Origin: Rebecca billardiae RCC1528
Lineage: Eukaryota; Protista; Haptophyta
Reading direction: 5' to 3'
Assembly: GCA_965240325.2 (NCBI GenBank)
Contig: OZ251237.1
Coordinates: forward strand, 1,116,001 to 1,180,000
DNA length: 64,000 nucleotides
The notes below the pieces were generated by a model, which saw nothing but the letters and a program-made list of their open reading frames with translations, did no database searches and had not been told where the DNA came from. The number at the start of each line of letters is the position of its first letter. The first letter of the stretch is position 1. Below, in pieces: positions 34,850 to 44,887 of the stretch. A program made the position numbers and the translations under genes.

Positions 34850-36301
34850 TCAGATCATGTCGACCTCGGGGATGTACGGATCGCCGCGGCATGCGGACGT
34901 GAAGAGCTCGTGCCGGATCTCGGGCGTGATCTGCTGGTGCGTGTGCTTGCGCAGGACGGGCTTGAGGTCCTCCTTCTGCTCCTGCGTGAGCTCGAGCTTG
35001 TAGTGCTGCGCGAAGACGAGCAGCGACTGGTGCCAGATGACGGGGAGCTCGTGGTCGACGTCGTGGAACCCGGCGAAGTAGTCGGCGAGCGCGTCGACCA
35101 CGCGGTACGGCAGCGCGTACTTCTTCATGAGCAGCGTGCGCATGAAGAGGATGGACGCGCCCGAGAGCGGCATCTCGGTGAGCTTGAGCAGCGTGACGGA
35201 CGAGTGCATCGCCGGCACGGAGACCTTGCCGAGCACGGAGCACACGATCATCGCGTGCAGCAGCGAGCACCGCTCCTCGCACATCGGCAGCACGATGCCC
35301 TTGAAGAAGGCGGCCGGCTTGTACACCGCCTTTTTCAGCGCCATGTAGTAGTGGTAGTTGAGCCGCTTGTTCGCGTCGATGTCGTCGAGCACCGCGGGGA
35401 GCAGCACGAGCGCGTAGAAGCGCTGGGCCATGCGCGGGTTGAGCGACGAGGCGAAGATGCGCGTCGCGGCCGCGCACGCCTGCGGCGACCAGCCTTGCGG
35501 CTGCGTGAGGAAGAGCACATCCTCCCAGTTGGTGAGGCGCGGCACAATTTTGAACGCCTTGGGCAGCTTGCCCGCGCGGTACCGCCGCAGCAGCTCGCCG
35601 ATCGAGGAGTAGACCTGCACGACCTTGTCGGGGAGCGGCTCTGCGCCGCCAGCAGCCGCAGAGCCCCCGCCACCCGCGCCGCCCGCGCCAGCCACGCCCG
35701 CGGTGCCGGCGGCCGCCTCCCCCGTGTGCTCCGCGAGCTTCTCCATGATCACGTCGGCGAGCGTGCGGCGCGCGCCGGTCTCGCTGGGCATCAGCCGCGC
35801 GAGCAGGGCCTCGTCGGCCTCGTCCACCTCGACTTCCTCCATCTCCTCCTCCTCCTCGCCGTCCTCGCCGCCGAACCCCAGCCCCTCGCCGTCGTCCATG
35901 TCGCTGTCCACGTCGTCGTCAAAGCCTTTCGCCGCGGACGCAGATCTGCGCGCAGCCAGCTGGCTGCCTTGCGCCTCCGCCTCGAACTCTTCCTGCTGCG
36001 CGCGCGCCTCGCGCATGATCTTACGGCTGAGGTCGGCTGGCACGCGGGCGTCGTCATGATCGCCCTGCTCGTCCTCGTCCTCGTCACCCTCGCCGCCGCG
36101 GCGCCCGCGGTGGGCCGACTGCGCGCGCGGCCGCTCGCCCGAGGCGCGCCGCTGCCGTTTCGTGGACGCAGCGGGGCGAGGGCCGGCGCGTTTCTCTCCA
36201 GAAGCGGCTGGGCGGCCGCGCGCGGGCGCAACGCGCCCGCGCTCAGCCTCCCGGCCGCGCGGGGCGCTGCGGGCCCGTCCAGGGCTTGGGGCGCGTGCCA
36301 T
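34850..36301 (-). CDS. BYSL: Bystin / Enp1 (40S biogenesis factor)
   Basis: RTLADVIMEKL, YRAGKLPKAFKIVP, ALKKAVYKPAAFFKGI, KKYALPYRVVDAL, LPVIWHQSLLVFAQHYK, ITPEIRHEL. Confidence 0.96.
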   Translation of the reverse strand: MARAPSPGRARSAPRGREAERGRVAPARGRPAASGEKRAGPRPAASTKRQRRASGERPRAQSAHRGRRGGEGDEDEDEQGDHDDARVPADLSRKIMREARAQQEEFEAEAQGSQLAARRSASAAKGFDDDVDSDMDDGEGLGFGGEDGEEEEEMEEVEVDEADEALLARLMPSETGARRTLADVIMEKLAEHTGEAAAGTAGVAGAGGAGGGGSAAAGGAEPLPDKVVQVYSSIGELLRRYRAGKLPKAFKIVPRLTNWEDVLFLTQPQGWSPQACAAATRIFASSLNPRMAQRFYALVLLPAVLDDIDANKRLNYHYYMALKKAVYKPAAFFKGIVLPMCEERCSLLHAMIVCSVLGKVSVPAMHSSVTLLKLTEMPLSGASILFMRTLLMKKYALPYRVVDALADYFAGFHDVDHELPVIWHQSLLVFAQHYKLELTQEQKEDLKPVLRKHTHQQITPEIRHELFTSACRGDPYIPEVDMI

Positions 36302-36459
36302 GCTGGCCCTGGAATCGCGCGTCGGACGTCCACGCGGTCCTCGCGCCCGGCGCAAAAGCAGATGAGCCGGATCCGGGCAGCCATCGTGCTTCCGCCGGCA
36401 GGGGCGGTGAAAACTCTCGAAACGGCTGCTTCAACCACCACCCGGCCTTGGCCGGGCCG

Positions 36460-37092
36460 ATGCTCCACATCCACGAGGACGTGCCGCGGCGGCGCGCGGC
36501 TGGATCAAGGCCGAAGGCCGTGCAGAAGGCAGTGTCCAGCTTCGATGCGCCCTCTGGCAAGAGCGCCGCCCCGCCCAAGCCGCGGCGTGCTCTCGGTGAT
36601 ATCACCAACAAGGGGCTCAAAGCTGGTCATGCCGGTGCCGGATCGGTGCCAAACGGCAAGCAGGCCTTGAAGGCTGACATGCCCGCCCGCGCAGCGACGC
36701 GTGCGATCGATGGGGACATCGCCACAGAAACCTGCTTCCCGGCAGAGCCATCCGTCATCAGCATCGACCCCTACCACTTTGACCTGGATGCTTGCGTCGA
36801 GACGGTTCTGGCATATCGTGCGCCGGACATCCCCGCAGCCGGAGATGGGGACCATTCGGCGCTGGACGAGCTCCTGTTCGGCATGCCGCCGCCGCCATTG
36901 CAGATGGAGAGCATTGATGGCGTCTCACGACTTGCACCTGCTCCGCCCTCGACGGCAGACCTGCTCGGCGACGAGATGGGCGCCGGCTGCGAGTTCATGC
37001 GCATTCCTGATGCGCTGCCCGAGACCGTGGGCATCGATGCCACGGGATGCGTCGCGGACACTTCCGACGACGACATGCAGCTTGACGACTGA
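36460..37092 (+). CDS. D-box-containing small disordered protein, securin/PATRONUS-like, 210 aa
   Basis: N-terminal LHIHED, D-box RRALGDITN (36583-36609), DIATETCFP (36715-36741), then an acidic, Pro-rich C-terminal half. Confidence 0.6.
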   Translation: MLHIHEDVPRRRAAGSRPKAVQKAVSSFDAPSGKSAAPPKPRRALGDITNKGLKAGHAGAGSVPNGKQALKADMPARAATRAIDGDIATETCFPAEPSVISIDPYHFDLDACVETVLAYRAPDIPAAGDGDHSALDELLFGMPPPPLQMESIDGVSRLAPAPPSTADLLGDEMGAGCEFMRIPDALPETVGIDATGCVADTSDDDMQLDD

Positions 37093-37838
37093 TGTCGCGT
37101 ACTCGTGCTGCACACCACGTTTTGATCGATGCACATGGCGGCGGCTGCACGTTCAACCTTTGTTCTCCACGACTACGCTACCCGAGTCGTTTTCTATCAC
37201 ACTCCGCCGTTCACGGTCTTCACGGACACGGCCACGGGACACGGGTTAGTCGTTGTGGATGGACAGCGTGCCTCAGGGCCAGGCCCCGCCCACCCGGTTG
37301 GTGTGCCACGACAGCCTTGATCAAATGCGATCAATGAACAATAACAATATGTTGATGCTGCTGATCGGATCGGCTGACAGTGCCAGTGTCAGTGACACGG
37401 GGTCACGGCCCGCCGCACCCGAGCACGGTCTCCAGGCTCCGACCCGGAGCGCGGGCCGGAGCCGCCGCGCCGCACAGCCGCCAGGCCCTAAGTGGGCCGC
37501 ATGGCAGGCAGCATGCGGGCCTGTCGAGTGTCGTTCGTCGTATTAAAATTTTAATACACCGCAAAAAAACCCGCCACAGTAACTAGCTAGTGGCACGCAG
37601 TCGCCCGGAGTGTCCGAGCTCATAAATTACACTGAACGGCAAATAATAATATTATAATTTCCCACCGCGAGTACTAACTAGTAACTGGCTCCGCGTCCCC
37701 GGTGCCGCCATGCCTCGTGCCGATGACGACTGGTCTGGCGGCGATTGATCACGTGACGATGCCTCAGATGATTCTGATGATACGACTGTAATGTGTGTAG
37801 ACTGTAGTTACTAATACTAGTTAGTCGAGTCCGCGACG

Positions 37839-38966
37839 TCACAATGTCTCCAGATTGTGCGGCGACACATCGTCCGCTGGCCCGGCGCGCCGCTCGAGCA
37901 GCGCGCGCGTCTCGCTCCAGAGCCACGCGCCCCAGCGCCGCGACGCGGCGGGCGAGGGCCACGCCTCGCTCATGTGGTAGTGCGTCTCCTCCGCTGGCGC
38001 CGGCAGCGCGCCGATGGGCTCGACGGCGAGCGCGACCACTGGCAGCGCGGCCTCAGCTGGTGTCGGGAAGAGGCGAGCGAGCGCGGCGGCGATGAGCCGC
38101 GCGAGCAGCGGCGGCAGGTCGCGCGCGATCTCGGACGCGACGGGGCCGGGGCAGACGTCAAACACCTCGACGCCCTCTGGCCCCCACTGCCGCGCGAGCT
38201 CGTGCGCCCAGATCGCGAGCAGCAGCTTGGAGTAGCCGTACCGCGCCATCGCGTTGGCCACGCCCATCGTGCGCCAGCCGGGTGTCGTGCCGAGCGGCTC
38301 GAGCGGCGCAGCGTGCTGCCGGTGCTCCTCGGAGCCCACAAAGACGATGCGCGCGCGCGGCGCGAGCACGCCGCGCTCGCGCAGCCGCTCGGTCCACAGC
38401 GCGTTCCCGGCAAAGTTGACGCCGAGCGCGAGCTCGAGCCCTTCCGCCGTGCGCGCGGCCGAGACCGGCACGAGGCCGGCGTTGTTGACCAGCGCGTCTG
38501 CGATCACGCCCGCCTCCGCGAGCGCGTCCACGGCGCGCTCGATAGAGTCGAAGCTGGCGAGGTCGAAGCCGGGCACGCCGAGCACGCGCACGCCGTCCGC
38601 GGTGAGCGTGCGGTTGGTCCCGCACACGCGCGAGGCCATCGTCGCCTGCTCCGCCACGTGCTGCTCCAGGTGATGGCTGGGCATTGGCCTGCGATGCGGG
38701 AGCACGAGGGACGCGCCGCCGAGCGCGAGGTGGGCGGCGATCCCGCTGCCGAGGCCGGAGGTGGCGCCCGTCACGATCACGGTGCGGTTCTTCAGTGGCG
38801 ACTCCGCATGAAGCCGCGCGGCGAGCGCTGCCATCCGGTCGCCGTTGCGTCTGCGCACTGCGTACGCGCGCATGAGCAGCTCGGGCGTGCTGCTGCCGTT
38901 GAGCATGAGCCGTGCGGCCACAGAGCACGCCGCGACGAGCACGACGAGGAGCTTCCAGGCAGCCAT
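37839..38966 (-). CDS. Short-chain dehydrogenase/reductase (retinol dehydrogenase/WWOX-like) with a signal peptide
   Basis: IVTGATSGLG, DLASFDSI, LVNNAG, VFVGSEEH, YGYSK, CPGPVAS. The N-terminus is MAAWKLLVVLVAACSVAA. Confidence 0.9.
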   Translation of the reverse strand: MAAWKLLVVLVAACSVAARLMLNGSSTPELLMRAYAVRRRNGDRMAALAARLHAESPLKNRTVIVTGATSGLGSGIAAHLALGGASLVLPHRRPMPSHHLEQHVAEQATMASRVCGTNRTLTADGVRVLGVPGFDLASFDSIERAVDALAEAGVIADALVNNAGLVPVSAARTAEGLELALGVNFAGNALWTERLRERGVLAPRARIVFVGSEEHRQHAAPLEPLGTTPGWRTMGVANAMARYGYSKLLLAIWAHELARQWGPEGVEVFDVCPGPVASEIARDLPPLLARLIAAALARLFPTPAEAALPVVALAVEPIGALPAPAEETHYHMSEAWPSPAASRRWGAWLWSETRALLERRAGPADDVSPHNLETL

Positions 38967-39150
38967 GATTTGGGGGTGGTGCAGAGCGTACGGGCGTCCG
39001 TCCATGGTGGGTGTCTTCCCAGTCCGGATCCGCAAGTTGTGTGCAGCAGCAAGCAGCAAGCAGCACCGGACCAGCAAGGAAGCGCCGCTTCGTCACCGGC
39101 CGTCACCTTGACGCGGCGGCAGATTCCGCGGCGGACGTGCGCGAAAACCC

Positions 39151-42144
39151 ATGGAGGGCGGCATGCTCGGGCCTCGCTCCGTGCACAAATTTGGCGGCAC
39201 GTCGGTGCAGTCGGCGTCGGCGATGCACCAGGTGCGGCAGATCATCGAGCACCTCGCTCGCGAGCAGGGCTCCGACTCGCCGCTCGCCGTCGTCGTCTCG
39301 GCGATGGGCGGCAAGCCGAAGACGACGGACATGCTGATTGACAGCACCAAGGCGGCGAGCCGCGGCGACCTGGCGGGCGCGCAGGAGCTGCTCGTGGCGA
39401 TCAAGAAGAAGCACGAGGAGGCGATCGAGCGGATGATCCCGGACGAAGCGCACGCGGCCGCCCGCGCCGAGCTCGTCCGTGTGCTCAACGGCGACCTGGA
39501 CGACATCCGCCACCTGCTGCGCGCCGTCTCGCTGATGAGGAGCGCCGACCAGAAGCTCGTCGGCGTGATCTCGGGGTACGGCGAGCAGTGGTCTGCGCGG
39601 ATGATGGCCGCGCTGCTGCGCGCCACCTCCACGCCGCCCGCCGCGGACAACTGGGTGTACCTCGACGCGCGCGCCGTGCTGATTGTCGACGACACGATTG
39701 CGACCGGCACGGCCATCCAGTGGGACGCGAGCGAGGCGCGCCTCAAGGCGTTCGTCGAGGCGCACCCGCGCGCGTCGTTCGTGATCACGGGGTTCATCGC
39801 GTCGACGGTCGACGGCGGGATCACCACGCTCGGCCGCGACGGCTCCGACTACTCCGCCTCCGTCTTTGCGCGGCTGCTGCAGGCGGAGGCGTGCGTAATC
39901 TGGACGGACGTCTCCGGCGTGCTCTCCGCAGACCCGCGCGTGGTCGCCGACGCGTACGTGCTGCCCGAGGTGTCGTACAACGAGGCGGCGGAGCTGGCGC
40001 ACTTTGGCGCGAAGGTGGTGCACCCCAAGACCATGCAGCCCGCGCTCGCGCGGCACGACTGGCGCGCCGGCGCCAAGTCGATCCCGATCTACATCCGGAA
40101 CACGTTTGCGCCCGCAGACGCGGGCACGCGCATCTTTGAGACGAGCGACCTCACGCGCGCGCGCGAGGTGTGCGGCGTGTCGGCGATGCGCGGGATGTGC
40201 CTGATCAACGTGATGGGACGCGGGATGGTGGGCATCCCCGGCGTCTCCTCCCGCCTCTTCTCCGCGCTCCACTCCCTCTCGATCAACGTGACCGCCATCG
40301 CGCAGGCCTCGTCCGAGCAGTCCATCTCGGTCGCGCTCGTCAAGGAGGACGGCGAGCGCGCGCGCGCGGCCGTGCTCGACGTGTTCCGCTCGGAGCTGAG
40401 CGCGGGGCACATCGAGGACGTGCAGCTGGAGGACGACGTGACGATCATCGCGGTCGTCGGCGACGGCATGTCCCACCGCCCCGGCGTCGCGGGCAAGGTG
40501 ATGGGCGCGCTCGGACACGCCGGCGTGAACATCCGCGCGATCGCGCAGGGCTGCAACGAGACAAACATCACCACCATCGTCGACGGCGCGCACTCGCTGC
40601 GCGCGCTGCGCGCGGTGCACGCGGCGTTCCTCGCGTCGCTCGCCGTCGCCGTCGGCGTGGTCACCCGCTCCTCCGCCGTCGCCGACTCGCTCCTCGCCGC
40701 CTTCGACGCGCACGCGCCCACGACCGAGCACCGATTCGGGCTGACCGCTCGAGTGCACGCGCTGTTGCAGCTGCCGGGCGCGGGCTCGGGCGCGAGCGGC
40801 GGCGCGCTCGAGGAGGCGGCGATGAAGCGCAACGCGTCGTCGAGCTCGGGGAAGATGCTCTTCGCGCGCGCGTCCTCCGCCCTCGACATCGCGCAGTGGC
40901 GCGCCGAGATGTCCTCCGAAGGCCAGCCGGTGGACCTGAGCGCGTTCACGCAGCGCATGCTGCAGTCAGACGTGCCGATGCGCGTCGTCGTCGACGCGTC
41001 CGACTCGCCCGACGCGGCGGCGTGGCACGCCAAGTGGCTCAGCGAGGGGATCCACGTGGTGACGAACAACTCGACCGCGCTCACCGGCGACGTCGCCTCG
41101 TACCGCGCCCTCTTCGACGCGCGGCGCAACTCGACCGCGCGCTACGTGTACGGCACCGCTTACGGCGACTGGCTTCCGGTCGCCTCGACCGTCACAACGC
41201 TGCTGGCGTCCGGCGACGCGGTCAAGAGTCTCGAGGGGGCCCTCTCCGCCTCGGTCTCGTACGTGCTCAACCGCGTGTCGCCCGTGGGGCAGCTCGTCGC
41301 CGCCGGCGGCGAGACGCCGCCCACCTTCTCGCAGGTGCGCGCGCGCCCTGCGCGCCGCCGCTGCCGCCGCGCCTCGCGCGCGCGCTCCGCCGCCGCGCCC
41401 GGCGCGCGCCGCCTCGCCCCTGCATGATGCCATCACCGATCTGCGCTCTGAGCTGGCGGCGCGTGCTCACGATCCCGCGCGCGTGCGCGCGCCGGCTGCG
41501 CGCACGCAGGCGGTGCGCGAGGGCTTGGAGCTCGGCCTGTTCGAGATGGACCCGCGCGATGACCTCACCGGTCTGCACAGCGCGCGCCAGCTGCTGTGCC
41601 TGGGCCGCGGTGCGTGCCGCGCGCGCGCCCGCGTCGTGGCCGCGCGCGCGCGTGGCGCGTTGTGCGCGCTCCGCGCACTCACACTCACCCGCGCCGCGCG
41701 CCACGCGCAGACCTGGGCTACGAGCTCACCCTGCAGGACATCGAGACGGAGCCGCTGGTGCCGGCCACGTCGGCGAGCATGCGCAGCACTGAGGAGATCG
41801 TCGCCGCCATGGCCGCCCACGATGAGGCGATCGCGGCGCGCGTGCGCGCCGCCGTCGCCAACGGCTGCGTGCTGCGGTATGTCGCCAGCCTCACCAACGG
41901 CGACGGCGCGCAGCCGCGCGCGGCGCTGCGGCTCGTCGAGCTGCCGGTGCTCCACCCATTTGCCGCGCTCTCGGGCTCGTCTATCGCCGTCGCCTTCTAC
42001 ACCAAGGAGCATGCCGAGCAGCCGCTCGTGATCTCGGGCCAGATCTCGCTCACGTCGTGCGTGAACGCTCTGTACTCGGACCTGATCCGGCTGGCGCGCA
42101 CGCTTGACACGCGCGCGCGCGACCGCGGCCCCAACTCCAACTGA
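39151..42144 (+). CDS. Aspartokinase-ACT-ACT-homoserine dehydrogenase-fold protein (ThrA architecture; HSDH degenerate)
   Basis: Exons 39151-41334, 41510-41609, 41711-42144. AK motifs are intact: HKFGGTSV, VVSAMGG, TTLGRDGSDYSA, WTDVSGVLSADPR, FGAKVVHP. Two ACT domains follow (QASSEQSIS, QGCNETNI). The HSDH relic keeps EMDPRDDLTG. Confidence 0.9.
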
Positions 42145-43345
42145 GCGCGGCTGCGCCGAGCGCGCGGACGCTGCCGACCGGCGCTGGCTGCGACGTGCGT
42201 GCTCCACCACGCCGCGGCTCGTCACGGCGTGTGATACCACGGTCTCGAATACTGTACATCATCATCAGCCGGCGCATCGCGCCCGCACTTCGTCCTCACG
42301 ACGACTACTGCAATCTACACTGAGACGTGACGACGGCGCAACAACTCTTCACGACGACGACACTGCTGTATATCTACTCGTTGCATCAACACGACCATCA
42401 TCATTATCGTGGCATGCGGACTGATTCTATGATTTCATGACACAGGCAGGACGGCGCAGGTCTCCTGATTCGTCAGCGGTCCCAGTGCTCGCTCGTCGAC
42501 AAGTCGGCGTTGGTGGCAGAGCTCCGCCTGCACCGCGATCGAAATAGCTTGAGCGCGTCTTGAGCCGCTGCAGCGCGATCCACCTGCGCTGCGCAGCTCG
42601 CTCGCATGGGCCTGCTGCGCCCTAGTCAGGCGGGGCGATGGTGCATCAGGACCGGATGAATAGGCCGATTCGGCGGATGATCGGCGGATGGCAGACGGCG
42701 CCGTCTCAGCCGCTGGGCCGTGGTCGTGGAGGGTGGTCCGGCGGTGATGTACGACTGTAGTCGTCCGGCCGTGTGCCCTGCGCGGCCACGTGCGCGCTTG
42801 CCGCTCTGCACAGCTGGCTTGCTGGCGGCGGCTGCGGCGCTGCTTGCTGCGGCGTGCAGGGAGTGAACGCTTCGTCATCCCGACTCGATATCTCGATCAT
42901 CAGCGCAGCACTTATTATTTTAATATATATATACGGCCCGCCTAATAGTATCGGCGCGGTTTGCGTCGTCATCTCCGATCACTCGCGCGCGGCGCGTCAT
43001 CAGCACACGGCTTCTCATCGCCCGATCGGTCTCATCCGATTTTACGCGCCATCGTCTACTGATAACTACGCGCGCGCTGCTATATCTGCGATATCGAATA
43101 ACTATAACGATCGATCAGTGCATATTCTATTTCTGCTGCGCTGCGCAGTGCGCTACGATTCATCTCAATCTGGCTGGCTAGCGCTACGATTCACATATAT
43201 ATTATATATAGTCTCTCATCGTCATCGTCACTTTAGCGGGTCACGTACTCCTCATCACTCGTCGCGATCGTCGATGTCAGTCTCGTCAGAGGAAGCAGCC
43301 TACTAAATACGCGATTCGATCGATTATTATTCACAATGTAAATGT

Positions 43346-44548
43346 TCAGTCCGTGATCGACGCGTAGCCGCCTCGCAGGTTTCGCTTGAACCAGAAGTAC
43401 TTCCCCGCGCGCTCCTGCGTGCACGGGCGAGCGGGGGGGTAGGTGAAGCCGTAGTAGACCTGGAACTCCTCCGCGCAGTGCTTGTTGTAGTAGAACATGA
43501 TCTCGTCCCCCGCGGTGTAGTTCTGCACGATATAGAACTCGAACGAGGTCGCTGCCAGCGACGCCTTCACGTCGGCCGCGCTGCGCACGAGGTATCCAGC
43601 GGGATCGCGCGCCACCACGTCGCACGTGTTGTTGTGCTCACCAAAGTTGAGCATGTCCGCGTACGGCGCGATGAACGCGCGGTCGCGCATCAGCCAGAAG
43701 CGAGACGCGGCCATCTCCCACGCGCGGCGGAACGTCTCGAGCGACGGGCTGCCGCACAACGCGAGCGCGTCAGGCGCGCGCGCGCGCAGCGCATTGTACG
43801 TGAGCTCCTGCGCCTTCATGGTCATCTGGAGGAGCTTCTGCAGCACCGGCGTCGCCTTGGCGACGCGCTCGGGCGGCCACATCGCGGGCGTCTCGAGCGA
43901 CACCTGCGCACGGGCATCCGCATTGCGCGGGTCGCACCCTGATGCGACACGCGCGCGGCGCGCGGCGCGCCGGTCGCGTGCGCGTGCTCGCACCGTCGAG
44001 AGGAAGCGCATGTACGGCGCCCAGGGTGCTGTGTACGGCGCGTCCTTCGCCTGCTTCATCTCGTACAGGATGGCGAGGACCAGGGAGACATAGATGCTGA
44101 TGCGCTCCCGCAGGATCGGCACGCGCATCGGCGTCTGCAGCAGCGACTCCCGGCTGAGCATCACGCGCTCTGGGATTTGCGCCAGAACGGCGGGTGCATG
44201 AATCGGCGCCGTGGTGACGAAGCCGCGGACCTGCACGGGGCCTTTGTCGACCAGGCCGATACGCGTGCGGTTGAAGAGGGGCAGCTTGGCGCCATTCAGA
44301 AGCAGCCACTCGATCATGTCATCGAAGATGGTCTGCTCGTTCGGACCGTGCTCGAGGGCGCGCGAGCGCGGGAGCGGGCGCACGACCATGCGGTCGCTGA
44401 AAGCGGAGTGGGCGCGCAGCGTCGCTTTTGTGCCCTCTACGCGCTGCGCGATCTCATGGCCAGAGCTGCGCAGGTGGATGAGGAGGCCGCCGATGAAAAG
44501 CCCAAGGAGCAGGTACACGAGTCCCGACGGGATTCGCCTGGGCGCCAT
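43346..44548 (-). CDS. SET-domain protein (Rubisco LSMT/SETD3-like), paralogue A, with an N-terminal TM segment
   Basis: Exons 44548-43994 and 43903-43346. Motifs: EWLLLNGA, RGFVTT, IPERVMLS, WAPYMRFL, APYADMLNF, GDEIMFYY...YYGF. Confidence 0.8.
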   Translation of the reverse strand: MAPRRIPSGLVYLLLGLFIGGLLIHLRSSGHEIAQRVEGTKATLRAHSAFSDRMVVRPLPRSRALEHGPNEQTIFDDMIEWLLLNGAKLPLFNRTRIGLVDKGPVQVRGFVTTAPIHAPAVLAQIPERVMLSRESLLQTPMRVPILRERISIYVSLVLAILYEMKQAKDAPYTAPWAPYMRFLSTVRARARDRRAARRARVASGCDPRNADARAQVSLETPAMWPPERVAKATPVLQKLLQMTMKAQELTYNALRARAPDALALCGSPSLETFRRAWEMAASRFWLMRDRAFIAPYADMLNFGEHNNTCDVVARDPAGYLVRSAADVKASLAATSFEFYIVQNYTAGDEIMFYYNKHCAEEFQVYYGFTYPPARPCTQERAGKYFWFKRNLRGGYASITD

Positions 44549-44887
44549 CGCGCGCACAATCGCGCGGTCGTGAATCTTGCGCCTAGCCCTGGCCCAGGCG
44601 CGGAGCCTGGAGCGACGTTGCGGCAGGACGACCGGACTCCGGACGAGAAATCAACGCTACTTAAAACCAGTCTTTAACCAGTCTTTCAGGCAGGCGAGAT
44701 CACAGTACCTAATCTCGCCTGCAGTCTGAGCTGTACGCCAAATCGAGCCATCACCCTGGGTATATTTTGCTCCGGCGGTGAGCTGCTGGCGGTCACGTCA
44801 ACCACGACGCAGTCGACGTCTTCCTAGCAGGCGCTCATCCCCGCAGGCCGCAGCGCCGCCGGGGCTGGATGACTTGGAGCGGTGCTA

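Noticed and set aside
42435-42900. GC-rich block or ORF 42435-42878 in the convergent spacer
   Set aside because: No codon bias or motifs; it may be an element fragment but that is unsupported.
44690-44722. CRESS-DNA virus origin (stem-loop plus iterons)
   Set aside because: The loop lacks the NANTATTAC nonamer on either strand, and no Rep gene is nearby.
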